Of a DNA stretch of 37,345 nt, positions 23,894 through 33,512 are shown piece by piece. Location: contig CAZEYJ010000201.1 of the NCBI GenBank assembly GCA_964516795.1, positions 1 through 37,345 on the forward strand, given 5' to 3'. The position numbers and the translations under genes were made by a program. Position 1 is the stretch's first letter; each line of letters begins with the position of its first letter. The notes under the pieces are model-generated. The model searched no databases. It was not told where the DNA came from and worked only from the letters and a program-made list of their open reading frames with translations. The stretch is from an uncultured bacterium. GTDB lineage: Bacteria; Chlamydiota; Chlamydiia; Chlamydiales; Rhabdochlamydiaceae.

Positions 23894-24800
23894 GCTTGTC
23901 AGCCTTGACAAAAGGCCTAAGCCGCGGCGCCGATTCACACTCAACGGAGCAGCACCCCAAGAACTTCTCAGCGCACTCGGGACAGCATAAAAAGAGCTCG
24001 TTGCAGTCCATGTTGGCGCAATTGTGATAAGTATCGGAAGGCTTATGGCAATGCCTGCAAGCGCTGATCGGCTCCACATCCTGGCCATCGATCGACACGG
24101 CCAGGCGGTCGTCAAAGACAAACAACTTCCCCTGCCACAGCTCGCTTCCCTCTTTAAGGCCATAGTTGATCACCCCCCCATCGAGCTGAAACACCTGCTC
24201 GAACCCCTCTTTTTTCATCAGGGCCGAGTAGAGCTCGCAGCGGATCCCTCCGGTGCAGTACATCATCACCTTCGTCTTTGCAGGGTCCCTCTCTTGCTTC
24301 AACTGGCGGGCATAATCGGGAAATTTGCGGAACGTATCGAGCTTAGGCAGTTCTGCCCCTTCAAAATGGCCGATCTCCCACTCATAATCATTGCGCACAT
24401 CGATCAAGATCGTGTTCTCATCCCGATTTTGAAGCATCCGCTTCCACTCTTCCGGAGAGACATGCTGCCCCACCTTGGAAAAATCAACCTTCTCGTCCAT
24501 GGCAACGATCTGCTGGCGGTATTTGACCGTTGCGCGGGGGAACACATGCTCAGGATAAGTATGAATTTTAAACACCACCTCGGAAAAGCGAGGATCGCTT
24601 TTCAACCACTGCATATAGGCTTCGGCGGCATCTAGAGAAGCGCTCATCTGCCCATTGATCCCTTCTTCAGAAATATAAACGCGGCAGGTGATGTCGTGCG
24701 TATTAACAAACTCTTGATGCTTAGCCACCTCGACGTGCGGATCTTCGATAGGAGTAAAAATATAATATGCCAAAACGTAATACATTTCTTGTTGATTCAT
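23853..24800 (-). CDS. trhO: Rhodanese-domain tRNA uridine(34) hydroxylase (UPF0176/YceA family)
   Basis: The N-terminus YYIFTPIEDP, the rhodanese active-site loop MYCTGGIRCE, and the C-terminal Cys cluster CRHCHKP...CANMDCNELFLCCPEC all fit. The track start at 24812 is TTG; the first ATG is at 24800. Confidence 0.85.
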   Translation of the reverse strand: MNQQEMYYVLAYYIFTPIEDPHVEVAKHQEFVNTHDITCRVYISEEGINGQMSASLDAAEAYMQWLKSDPRFSEVVFKIHTYPEHVFPRATVKYRQQIVAMDEKVDFSKVGQHVSPEEWKRMLQNRDENTILIDVRNDYEWEIGHFEGAELPKLDTFRKFPDYARQLKQERDPAKTKVMMYCTGGIRCELYSALMKKEGFEQVFQLDGGVINYGLKEGSELWQGKLFVFDDRLAVSIDGQDVEPISACRHCHKPSDTYHNCANMDCNELFLCCPECAEKFLGCCSVECESAPRLRPFVKADKPKPFRRKHLISGS

Positions 24801-24985
24801 AGGGCGACCCAACTCTGTTAAATTTCAAAAAATATAGCTCACCTCCGCAGATCCCCGCAATGAAAATAGTTCAGCGGGCTTTTCTTGCCATGCAAGAAAA
24901 ACAAATAGCTCAAAATTATTTCTTTGCATCAGCGCCAATATATCTTATGTCGGAAACACGGCACTACATGCCCGCGTTTCCCGCA

Positions 24986-25061
24986 CCCGGTTCGCGACCA
25001 AGGTCTTCTCACCTGCTTCGCACTGCGAAGGTCCACTGGACCTTCTCGTGTCTCCGCAGCC
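24986..25061. repeat. Copy 1 of a 76/77-nt direct repeat in a 680-bp gene-free region
   Basis: cccggttcgcgaccaaggtcttctcacctgcttcgcactgcgaaggtccactggaccttctcgtgtctccgcagcc. It contains the hairpins cttcgc-act-gcgaag (25016-25030) and gaaggtcc-act-ggaccttc (25027-45). Confidence 0.85.
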
Positions 25062-25203
25062 TTCTTGAGCCTCATCTCACTTCGCCAAATCGTTTGCTCG
25101 GATACGAGCTGTGTCTAACACTAGCTCGCCGCCCTTTGGGCTATCCTGCGCTACGATTTTGCTTTGCGATTTGAGGCCGTCGACTGCTCGCAGCGTTCAG
25201 CAT

Positions 25204-25280
25204 CCCGGTTCGCGACCAAGGTCGCTTCACCTGCTTTGCACTACAAAGGTCCTCTGGACCTTTTTCGTGTCTTCGCAGCC
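25204..25280. repeat. Copy 2 of the 76/77-nt direct repeat (offset 218 nt)
   Basis: cccggttcgcgaccaaggtcgcttcacctgctttgcactacaaaggtcctctggacctttttcgtgtcttcgcagcc. A 1-nt indel relative to copy 1 argues against coding. The hairpin aaaggtcc-tct-ggaccttt (25245-25263) keeps its pairing through a G:C to A:T double change. Confidence 0.85.
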
Positions 25281-25492
25281 GCCCGGACTTCGTCTCGGTT
25301 AGGCGGGCTGAAGCTCACGTCAACTCGCAGGGCGATTTTTTAATCTCTAAGCCAAATGCTTTAAGCTTGCTTTTCATAGACAAATTCTCAATAAAGCAGA
25401 CAAAGCCCTTCTTAAGATCAAGTTGACCTCGAAGAACAGTGCACAGCCTAACCGATTCAAAAAAATTACAAAGTCGAATTCAGTCCAGGAGC

Positions 25493-26158
25493 CTACTTTT
25501 TAATGTTCTGGATAGAGGAAATTAACTTGTGAAATTTTTCTTGATGATGAGTCCATGATCTTCCGGAAACGATATTTTCAAAATATTCTTCAATCGTATT
25601 TTTGGGCGGTGTTGTCAATGGCTGACATCGAAGGCCTTTTTGAACGTAGACCTCAGCCTGTTTCAGGTCTCCAATTTCTAAGTACAATTCAGCAATAGAT
25701 CGGTACAAGATAGGCCAATTAGGAGTATAATCGATAGCCAGTAAGTACAGATTAATAGCCTCACCTATATTCTTGGTTGTATCTATGACAATAGAGGCGA
25801 GTAAAGAAAGACATTCTGGTCTATAGGGATCAATTTTCAAAGCCTCCATCAAAAGTGTTCTAGCCTTTTCATAAGCACAAAAGTCGTGGTAATAGCAAGT
25901 AGCAAGCCAGAACCGAGCTTCGACATTTTGAGGGTCCAAAGCAATCGCTTTTGCGAGATATTCAATTGCTTTTTCATCTTCGTGAAAAGGCTCCCATGAA
26001 AGAACGCCAAGCTGGATCAGAACTTGAACATCATTTGGAGCATCTTTAAGCACAGCCTCTAAATAACGGCGATATGCCTCATCCAAAGCAAATAACTCTG
26101 ATGTTTTAGCTCCACTAATCGAAGCTATCTGGTATTCCCTTTCTAATAGCTTGTCCAT
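25493..26158 (-). CDS. Tetratricopeptide (TPR) repeat protein
   Basis: 221 aa with several 34-aa TPR-like units: AIEYLAKAIALDPQNVEARFWLATCYY, ARTLLMEALKIDPYRPECL, AINLYLLAIDYTPNWPILYRSIAELYLEIGDLKQAEVYVQKGL. Confidence 0.75.
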   Translation of the reverse strand: MDKLLEREYQIASISGAKTSELFALDEAYRRYLEAVLKDAPNDVQVLIQLGVLSWEPFHEDEKAIEYLAKAIALDPQNVEARFWLATCYYHDFCAYEKARTLLMEALKIDPYRPECLSLLASIVIDTTKNIGEAINLYLLAIDYTPNWPILYRSIAELYLEIGDLKQAEVYVQKGLRCQPLTTPPKNTIEEYFENIVSGRSWTHHQEKFHKLISSIQNIKK

Positions 26159-26361
26159 ATTTTCATAAAAAAATTTAATTTAATATCTTCATGCTGTCAA
26201 TATGAAATTTTTTAACCTAGAGCAACAAGCAAATCAATGCTGTCGCCTTCCTTGCCGCGGTAAGTTTGTTTTTGACACAGGGAGATATTTACAAAAAATA
26301 CTGGCTGTATTAGCATTCATGCTTTACCAATTTTTATTAGTCTCATCCTTTAGGAGAAACA

Positions 26362-26982
26362 ATGGCTCGATATACTGGCCCAAAGAACCGCATTGCTCGA
26401 CGATTTGGAGCGAACATTTTCGGACGTGCGCGCAATCCTCTCTTGCACAAACCTAATCCTCCCGGAATGCACGGTGCAAAACGGAAGAAAAAATCAGACT
26501 ACGGCCTTCAGCTTGAAGAGCAACAAAAACTCAAAGCGATCTACGGCCTTATCCCACACTCTCAGCTCGTCCGCTACTACAAAGAAGCTGTTAGAGCAAA
26601 AGGGAACACTCCAGCTCTCTTCATCGAGCGCTTAGAGTGCAGACTCGACAACATGGTCTACCGAATGAAGCTTGCGCCAACGATCTTCGCTGCGCAGCAG
26701 CTCGTTTCCCACGGCCACATCCTCGTCAACGGGAAAAAAGTCGACCGCCGTTCATTCTTTGTTCGTCCAGGAATGACCGTTTCGATCAAACCAAAATCGC
26801 AGCAAGTGCCGATCATCAAGCACAGCCTTGAAAACGCAGCGATCGCAACACCTGAGTACATCGCCCTCGATGCACCAAAATGCTCAGCGCAACTGCTCAT
26901 TTCCCCAGCTATCGATCAGATCCCACACCCACTTCCACTCAACGTTCCTCTGATCTGCGAGTTCTTGGCCCACTCCAACTAA
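26362..26982 (+). CDS. rpsD: 30S ribosomal protein S4
   Basis: [16 protein letters not shown]...[17 protein letters not shown]...[49 protein letters not shown] Shine-Dalgarno sequence is present. Confidence 0.97.
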   Translation: MARYTGPKNRIARRFGANIFGRARNPLLHKPNPPGMHGAKRKKKSDYGLQLEEQQKLKAIYGLIPHSQLVRYYKEAVRAKGNTPALFIERLECRLDNMVYRMKLAPTIFAAQQLVSHGHILVNGKKVDRRSFFVRPGMTVSIKPKSQQVPIIKHSLENAAIATPEYIALDAPKCSAQLLISPAIDQIPHPLPLNVPLICEFLAHSN

Positions 26983-27011
26983 CGGACAAGACCGGAAAGA
27001 AATCGAAGCAC

Positions 27012-27040
27012 AAGGCAGCCCACCGGCTGCCTTTTTTTTT
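27012..27040 (+). terminator. Rho-independent terminator after rpsD
   Basis: aaggcagcc, loop cacc, ggctgcctt, followed by a run of T (cttttttttt). Confidence 0.8.
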
Positions 27041-27103
27041 ACAAGAAGCACCTTGTCAAGATCTGATCTGTTGCCTACAATGTGTGCTTTTAAATGATAT
27101 CCT

Positions 27104-27979
27104 ATGCATAAAATCACTCCTCCAGAAGATCTTTTAATCGGCGCTCATACTTCAGCCTCAGGCGGAGCTCACAACGCCCTGCGCGAAGCATTCGATATCG
27201 GAGCGACGACCTGCCAGCTCTTTACGAGCAACCAAAAACGGTGGGAAGGAAGAACGATCACGGAAGAAGAGCTCGATCTCTGGCACTTAGCCCTGAAAGA
27301 AACAGGGATTAAAAAGATCATGAGCCACGATAGCTATTTGATCAACTTAGGCTCTCCCGATCCCGAAGGGCTCCGCAAAAGCCGCAAAGCCTTTAAAGAA
27401 GAACTCCTCCGTTGTCACAAGCTGGGCCTTTCCTTTTTAAACTTCCACCCCGGCGCTGCGCTCGATTCGAGCGAAGAAGATTGCCTGGACACCATCGTTG
27501 AGAGCTTAAAGCATATCGAAGATATCGCCGCAAAAGGGGAGACCCGCATCCTTCTTGAAACAACGGCCGGACAAGGATCTTCCGTCGGCTGGAAGTTCGA
27601 GCACCTCGGCTACCTCATCGATAAGCTCCACAAAAGACTCTCGATCGGCGTCTGCATCGACACCTGCCATATCTTTGCCGCAGGATACGATATCCGAACG
27701 AAAGAAGCCTGGGAAGAAACCCTTAAGGAATTCGATAAGGCCGTGGGGCTGAAATACCTCTGCGCCTTCCACGTCAACGACTCGATGAAGCCTCTTGGGT
27801 CCAAACGGGACCGGCATGCTCCTCTTGGCGAAGGGGAGATCGGGATCAATTGCTTTAAAATCATGATGGCCCACCCGCTCACGCGCGACATCCCCAAGTA
27901 CCTAGAGACGCCGGAAGGCCCTCCCTTGTGGAAAAAAGAGATCGCCATGCTGCGCAAATTCGCAAAAAATCCTTTATGA
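27104..27979 (+). CDS. nfo: Deoxyribonuclease IV (endonuclease IV)
   Basis: [11 protein letters not shown]...[13 protein letters not shown]...[12 protein letters not shown]...NFHPG...[14 protein letters not shown]...[13 protein letters not shown]...FHVNDS...[12 protein letters not shown]. Confidence 0.93.
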   Translation: MHKITPPEDLLIGAHTSASGGAHNALREAFDIGATTCQLFTSNQKRWEGRTITEEELDLWHLALKETGIKKIMSHDSYLINLGSPDPEGLRKSRKAFKEELLRCHKLGLSFLNFHPGAALDSSEEDCLDTIVESLKHIEDIAAKGETRILLETTAGQGSSVGWKFEHLGYLIDKLHKRLSIGVCIDTCHIFAAGYDIRTKEAWEETLKEFDKAVGLKYLCAFHVNDSMKPLGSKRDRHAPLGEGEIGINCFKIMMAHPLTRDIPKYLETPEGPPLWKKEIAMLRKFAKNPL

Positions 27980-27996
27980 AAGATCAGGATAGGTTC

Positions 27997-29382
27997 ATGA
28001 AACACACAAAAATTAAACGCATCCTCCCTTCCGATATCGGGAAGAAACTCACTGTGTGCGGATGGATCCGCACAGTTAGAGACCAAAAGAACTTTGCCTT
28101 CATCGAGCTCAACGACGGCTCGACCCTTTCCAACCTGCAGATCATCGCTGAACAAACGCTGCCTCACTACCAAGAGCTGATGCAAGCAATGGCAACGGGA
28201 GCGTCGATCAGCGCGACAGGGACGCTTGTCGAAAGCCCGGGACAAAAACAAAAATGGGAGCTCAAAGCAGAGCAGATCACCCTTTTTGGCACCTGCCCAG
28301 AAGATTATCCCCTGCAAAAGAAGCGGCACTCCTTTGAATTTTTACGGACGATCGCCCACCTGCGTCCTCGGACCAATACCCAAGGTGCCGTCTCGCGCGT
28401 CCGCAATGCCCTCGCCCACGCCACCCACCTCTTTTTCCAAGAGAGGGATTTTCTCTATGTGCATACGCCCATTATCACCGCCTCAGACTGCGAAGGGGCC
28501 GGAGCGCAATTCCTTGTGACGACGCTCGACATGAACAAACCTCCCCGCCATTCAGACGGAACAGTCGATTTCTCCCAAGACTTCTTTTCCAAGCCCGCCT
28601 ACCTGACCGTATCGGGACAGCTCAACGGAGAAGCTTTTGCGTGCGCCCTTTCCGACATTTACACCTTCGGCCCCACATTCCGCGCTGAAAATTCCAACAC
28701 ATCGCGCCACCTTGCCGAATTCTGGATGATCGAACCGGAAATGGCATTTGCCGACTTGCGATGCAACATGGAATGCGCTGAGGCCTATCTCAAGTACATC
28801 ATCAACTACGTCCTCAATCACTGCGCCGAAGACATGGCCTTCTTCGACGCCTTTATTGAAAAAGGGATCATCGAGCGCCTCCGCCTCGTTGCCGAGACTC
28901 CGTTTGCCCATCTGACCTACACAGAAGCCATTCAGATCCTGGAAAAATCGGGTAAATCATTTCAGTTTCCCGTTGCCTGGGGCAACGACCTGCAATCGGA
29001 ACATGAACGCTACCTTGCAGAAGAGCACTGTAAAAAACCGGTCATTCTGACCAACTATCCCGCAAAGATCAAATCCTTCTATATGCGCGGCAATGAAGAC
29101 GGAAAAACGGTGGCCGCGATGGATGTGCTGGTCCCTAAAATCGGCGAGATCATCGGTGGAAGCCAAAGGGAAGAGCGGATCGACCTTCTCGAAAAGAAGA
29201 TCGTTGAATTCGGGCTGCGTCCTGAAGATTATTGGTGGTACACACAGCTGCGCCGGTTTGGAAGCGTCCCTCACGCAGGATTTGGAGCTGGATTTGAAAG
29301 GCTAGTCCTCTTCGCCACCGGGATGGAAAACATCCGCGACATCATCCCCTTCCCCCGATTCCCCGGCCATGCCGACTTCTGA
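27997..29382 (+). CDS. asnS: Asparagine--tRNA ligase
   Basis: The OB domain is [23 protein letters not shown]. Class II motifs are present: [24 protein letters not shown] and [16 protein letters not shown]. The start is ambiguous: ATG 27997 (AGGA upstream), or ATG 27976, which overlaps the nfo stop as ATGA. Confidence 0.94.
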   Translation: MKHTKIKRILPSDIGKKLTVCGWIRTVRDQKNFAFIELNDGSTLSNLQIIAEQTLPHYQELMQAMATGASISATGTLVESPGQKQKWELKAEQITLFGTCPEDYPLQKKRHSFEFLRTIAHLRPRTNTQGAVSRVRNALAHATHLFFQERDFLYVHTPIITASDCEGAGAQFLVTTLDMNKPPRHSDGTVDFSQDFFSKPAYLTVSGQLNGEAFACALSDIYTFGPTFRAENSNTSRHLAEFWMIEPEMAFADLRCNMECAEAYLKYIINYVLNHCAEDMAFFDAFIEKGIIERLRLVAETPFAHLTYTEAIQILEKSGKSFQFPVAWGNDLQSEHERYLAEEHCKKPVILTNYPAKIKSFYMRGNEDGKTVAAMDVLVPKIGEIIGGSQREERIDLLEKKIVEFGLRPEDYWWYTQLRRFGSVPHAGFGAGFERLVLFATGMENIRDIIPFPRFPGHADF

Positions 29383-30903
29383 CCGGATGACAAACACCTT
29401 GACCTCTCGGGCTGAAAGGGGAACGGAAATAGGAACGCGCACCGTCAGATGCGTGAAGGGATCAAGCTGCTCTCGAACGGTGATCTCATGCCTGCCAACC
29501 TCCCTGCCAAAAGGATCGAAGAACGACATTTGCAAATGAACTCTGCGCACAGGCCTGCTGCCTGAGTTCTCGATGATCAATTGGACAGCATTGGATGCGA
29601 CGATGCGAGCGTGGACGCGAAGGGCTGAAACTCCTCCTGCCTGCAGCCGCGACAGCTGCTCCTGGGCAGCCCGCCCTGTAGATGAGGGATTCTTGGCAGC
29701 TCTTCTAAAATGGAGGACCGCCCCCTGTCGATCTGAATCCTGCAGGCACAAATTCCCCAAAGCATACTCAGCTTCTGCAGAAGGGAGCAGCTCTTCGCTT
29801 TTCAACAGATCTGCCCGAGCCGAAGCATAACTGCCCATTTTCATCTTCAGCAGTCCGCGCTGCAAATAGAAATCAAAATAATCAGGGTTCAGGTCGATCG
29901 CTGTTGAAAACGAGGCTAAAGCAGCCCGCTCATCCTGCTGCATCAACTCGGCTTTGCCCCTTAAATTGTATAAATGCGCTTCGCGAGGAGCAATCTTGAT
30001 CCCATGCTCAGCATAAAAAAGCGCTTTGGAAGCCCTTCTTTCTTTTAGGGCCAGATAGCCGGCGTCGAGATCCTCATATGCCCCCTGCGCTGCAAATAAT
30101 TGCGCCATCGCTTCATCATACTCTTGCCAGCCGAAAAAACCGCCCGGATATTGGGCTGCAGTCGCCTTGTTCGCATCGAGCCTCTCTTGACTTGGCGGAT
30201 GGCTCGAAAACAACCCTCCCATCCACTCCGGATTGCGGTCTTTTTCAAGGCGCAAGAATGTTTCCTGAAGGATCACAGCCGCTTTGGGATTATACCCCGC
30301 CTTTGACATGTACTTGATCCCATACCGGTCTGCTTCCAATTCTGCTTGCCGGCTGTACTTAAGAGCGATCAATCCCGCGCCGACAGCCGCAGAACCGACG
30401 ACGACATCCTCATACTTATGGTCTTTCATCAACCCTTCCAGCCCTAGGATCCCAACTCCCATCAAGATACTTTTTTCCATCATCTGCGCCCCATGGCGCG
30501 CAGCGCTATGGACAATCTCATGGGCCAGCACTGCAGCGAGCTCCGCCTCGCTGTCCAACTCCATGAGCAGCCCCCGGTTGATCGCGATCTTGCCTCCCGG
30601 CAAAGCCCATGCATTGGGAACCGAATTGTTCAACACGACAAATTCATAAGGGAGATTGGGCCGGTCGCTTTCTGCGGCAATCTTCATGCCGACCGATTCA
30701 ACATACTCCTGGACTTCGGGAAAAGTGACAAAGGGCCCCCCTTCCGCCTGCTGCAGATAGAGATATTGCTGTTCTCCAATTTGGATCTCCTGCTCTTCAG
30801 ATACGAGCTGGAGCTCACTCTCGCCCGTCACAGGATTTGTGCCGCATCCCGAAAGAACTGCGGCAAAAACAAGAAGAGAACAAACGGCCTTTCTACTGAT
30901 CAT
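29302..30903 (-). CDS. M48-family zinc metalloprotease lipoprotein with TPR repeats (BepA-like architecture) plus an extra C-terminal domain
   Basis: The signal plus lipobox is [30 protein letters not shown] is the HExxH motif. TPR-like units follow ([48 protein letters not shown]). I start at ATG 30903, which overlaps the upstream stop (ATGA). The track extension to 31092 is antisense-free overlap and is rejected. Confidence 0.85.
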   Translation of the reverse strand: MISRKAVCSLLVFAAVLSGCGTNPVTGESELQLVSEEQEIQIGEQQYLYLQQAEGGPFVTFPEVQEYVESVGMKIAAESDRPNLPYEFVVLNNSVPNAWALPGGKIAINRGLLMELDSEAELAAVLAHEIVHSAARHGAQMMEKSILMGVGILGLEGLMKDHKYEDVVVGSAAVGAGLIALKYSRQAELEADRYGIKYMSKAGYNPKAAVILQETFLRLEKDRNPEWMGGLFSSHPPSQERLDANKATAAQYPGGFFGWQEYDEAMAQLFAAQGAYEDLDAGYLALKERRASKALFYAEHGIKIAPREAHLYNLRGKAELMQQDERAALASFSTAIDLNPDYFDFYLQRGLLKMKMGSYASARADLLKSEELLPSAEAEYALGNLCLQDSDRQGAVLHFRRAAKNPSSTGRAAQEQLSRLQAGGVSALRVHARIVASNAVQLIIENSGSRPVRRVHLQMSFFDPFGREVGRHEITVREQLDPFTHLTVRVPISVPLSAREVKVFVIRSEVGMAGESGEGDDVADVFHPGGEED

Positions 30904-32147
30904 GCCGGCATCCTTTCTCGAGAAAACTGGCGGGCCTGCGCTAACACGCCTGCACCCATTCCAAACAACATCGCGGCAAAGGAAAGGACCGCACCCAAAA
31001 TCGGGATCGAGATCAAGAAGAAATACAGGACCAATCCAATGGGCAAGGCCGCCATGCGGCTTATGCGGAACTTGAACTTTCCCAACACCCAATTGGAAAC
31101 CCAGAATATAGAATAGATCTTAGCCGTGTAAAATCCTATGATGTTGGCCGCAATCAAGGTCAAAGCAAATGGGACCCCCAAAATCGTCATGAGAAGGATC
31201 AAAGACGCAAGCGGCAACAGGATCAGCAACATCAGTCCCCAGGAAAAAGCCTTCCACGGATGGGTCTTGAGCACGTGCAATGCGCTTTCCAAATTTTTAG
31301 GGAACATCTTGATCAAGACGATCCCCACCACCAACGTGTACAAGAAGTTCATCAAAAGGGCGACCACCTTGCTGCCGACCAAAAGCTTTTGAATCCACGT
31401 CCCTTTGACAAGCTCATGGACCAAAGAAGGATGATGGGTCACCTGCCCTTCGATCACTGCCCCCTGGTCGACCCAGGCCACCGAGCTGCTCCGATAATCA
31501 ATCCCTCCAACGATATGGGCCCTCGAGGTGATCCTCAATTGCCCGACATAGGCTTGAATTTTATGCGCAATATAAGAGGAGATCCTCAAATTCGAGGCAA
31601 CGATCGTCGCATCTGAGCCGATCTTTGAAGAGAGATCGACATTGCCCGCTGTAATCACAGCATTATTGCCGATCGAGCCTGAAGCCAGCAATTGCACATT
31701 TCCGGCAACGGCAGTGACATTATTGCCGACAGTCCCGCTGAGCAACACCTGCCCGGCAACACACCGGATATTTTGCGCAATGGCCCCTGAAACATCGATG
31801 CTTCCTCCAGCCGCGATCAAATCCCCGTTCACCTTGCCGTCGATCACGATCTGATTGGCCAAGATGTAGACATCGCCGTTCACCTCTCCGGAAATCTCAA
31901 CGCTGTCGCCAAAAGCAAAATAATCTCCCTGGTATACAGAACCTGCCGGCAGCACGATCACACCCGAATCAGCCGGATCGGGCTCGAAACTAGCAGCCGG
32001 AGAGACCAGTTCATCTGCACAAACTGCACCTGCCAGAAAAAGAAAGGGGAAGACAAGTTGGATCAATAGTCTGCGCACACAAGAACCTTTTTTTTCGAGG
32101 AAATTACTCACCCTTCGTTCCGCGCCAAATCCGCGCTTTTTGCCCAA
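30900..32147 (-). CDS. Exported bactofilin-like (polymer-forming beta-helix repeat) domain fused to a C-terminal polytopic membrane domain
   Basis: The N-terminal signal-like segment is RRLLIQLVFPFLFLAGAVCA. About 170 aa of short beta-helix-type repeats follow: VEISGEVNGDVYILANQIVIDGKVNGDLIAAGGSIDVSGAIAQNIRCVAGQVLLSGTVGNNVTAVAGNVQLLASGSIGNNAVITAGNVDLSS. Then come 4-5 hydrophobic helices. The start is uncertain: TTG 32147, GTG 32111 or GTG 32078. Confidence 0.7.
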   Translation of the reverse strand: MGKKRGFGAERRVSNFLEKKGSCVRRLLIQLVFPFLFLAGAVCADELVSPAASFEPDPADSGVIVLPAGSVYQGDYFAFGDSVEISGEVNGDVYILANQIVIDGKVNGDLIAAGGSIDVSGAIAQNIRCVAGQVLLSGTVGNNVTAVAGNVQLLASGSIGNNAVITAGNVDLSSKIGSDATIVASNLRISSYIAHKIQAYVGQLRITSRAHIVGGIDYRSSSVAWVDQGAVIEGQVTHHPSLVHELVKGTWIQKLLVGSKVVALLMNFLYTLVVGIVLIKMFPKNLESALHVLKTHPWKAFSWGLMLLILLPLASLILLMTILGVPFALTLIAANIIGFYTAKIYSIFWVSNWVLGKFKFRISRMAALPIGLVLYFFLISIPILGAVLSFAAMLFGMGAGVLAQARQFSRERMPA

Positions 32148-32204
32148 GCCTAAATTGTGTGCAAATCACCGCCCCTCTATCGAGCCTCTCAATTTGTGCA
32201 CAAT

Positions 32205-33245
32205 TTAAACCTGGGCAAAAACCATCGAATTTTTTCGCGAAAGCGAGTTTGCAATCCCCTCTTTTGTTTGAAAAATCTCATTCTGCCTTTGGACAAGATG
32301 CCAGACCGTCTCTTTCATCCGTCCGATCTCGCTTAAATCATTCCGCCGTCTTTGCTCGATCATTTTGCCAAGCTCTTCGACATTGAACAACGTCAGTCGG
32401 GGATCTTTTCCAAGCAGAGGATCTACCGTTCTAGGGACACTGAGATCAAAGACCAGCTTGGTCCTCAACGTTTCAGATCCGACCTGTTCCGCTTTCAGAA
32501 CATAATCAGAATGCGTGGTGCCGCAAATGACCACGTCATACTCGGTCCAACTATCCAAGTTAGACCAATCATAAACAGGCAGCTCCCATTCTTTAGCCAT
32601 CTCCTCTGCACTCATAGCGCATCGAGTGCACAGGCTCATCGAATCGACCTTTTTCTGTTTGAAATAAGCAATCGTCCTCCGATTGATCTCAGAATTGCCA
32701 ATGAACAAAACCTTCTGCTTCCTAAAATCCTCGATAAACCATTGGCCCGCCTGAAAGATCATCCCCGAAAGAGTCGCCTCCTTTGGAAGGACCACTCTTG
32801 CCGAACGGATCTGCTTAGCGATCTTTAAACACTTTTGAAAAAGAAAGTGCATGCAGCTTGGAAGAGAATAATAAAGAACGGTCATCTGATAAGCGAGCTT
32901 GACCTGCCTCTGAATTTCCGATTCCCCTAAAATCACACTGTCAAGTCCGGATGTCACCATGGCCAAATGAAAAAAACAATCGACCCCGAAATAGGTGTAC
33001 AGCTTGTGCTCAAAAGGCTCCAACACCTCTTCTCTCAAGCAGCTTAAAATCTCCGTGTGCGCTTCAGCCAGACCTTCCGCGCTGAAATAAATTTCAGTCC
33101 GGTTGCAGGTCGATAAAACCACGCAGCACAGCTCTTGGACAATCGGAGTCTGCTTAGAAAACTTGCGAAGGCAGACCCGAGCCAAAGTTTCTCTTAAGGA
33201 AAGCTCTGAAGACTTATGGTTGATCCCCAAGACACCAATGCGCAT
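32205..33245 (-). CDS. hemA: Glutamyl-tRNA reductase
   Basis: MRIGVLGINHKSSELSLRE...VVLSTCNRTEIYF (catalytic Cys motif), GESEIQRQVK, and an NADP-type region VLFIGNSEINRRT. I start at ATG 33245 rather than the track start at 33293. Confidence 0.88.
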   Translation of the reverse strand: MRIGVLGINHKSSELSLRETLARVCLRKFSKQTPIVQELCCVVLSTCNRTEIYFSAEGLAEAHTEILSCLREEVLEPFEHKLYTYFGVDCFFHLAMVTSGLDSVILGESEIQRQVKLAYQMTVLYYSLPSCMHFLFQKCLKIAKQIRSARVVLPKEATLSGMIFQAGQWFIEDFRKQKVLFIGNSEINRRTIAYFKQKKVDSMSLCTRCAMSAEEMAKEWELPVYDWSNLDSWTEYDVVICGTTHSDYVLKAEQVGSETLRTKLVFDLSVPRTVDPLLGKDPRLTLFNVEELGKMIEQRRRNDLSEIGRMKETVWHLVQRQNEIFQTKEGIANSLSRKNSMVFAQV

Positions 33246-33360
33246 ATCCCACCCTTTTACGCATTTTATAGTCTCAAATGAAATTATTTCCAAATCCCTT
33301 TTTCAGGAAAGAGCGGATGTGTAGAAATTTCTTTAATCCCATGAAAAATAAAAACATTTT

Positions 33361-33389
33361 TTGACAATCTGAGCTTAGTAAATAAATTA
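33361..33389 (+). promoter_or_regulatory. Candidate sigma70-like promoter upstream of the F-box/LRR gene
   Basis: TTGACA at 33361-33366, followed after 16 nt by TAAATT (33383-33388). It sits within a very AT-rich 219-bp spacer, about 125 nt upstream of ATG 33513. Confidence 0.3.
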
Positions 33390-33512
33390 TTATACAAAAA
33401 AAAGAAACAGAATCAAATCCAGCAATAAACACACAACAAAATCGTTGAATAAAAAATACAATACAATATAAAATAACTGCAAAAGAAATAAAAACAATAT
33501 AACGAGACTAAT

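Noticed and set aside
25281-25291. The minus-strand string GAAGTCCGGGC resembles the RNase P RNA P4 motif (GAGGAAAGUCCGGGC). The surrounding ~380-nt structured region is about the right size.
   Set aside because: The GAGGAAAG part is missing. There is no matching 3' P4 strand (ACAGAACCCGGCUUA-like with complementary CCGGCUU). Other universal RNase P blocks are absent. The region contains an internal 76-nt direct duplication that is incompatible with an RNase P fold.
26272-26300. TTGACA at 26272-26277 upstream of rpsD as a promoter -35 element.
   Set aside because: No acceptable -10 hexamer lies at 16-18 nt spacing. The best candidate is AATACT at 19 nt.
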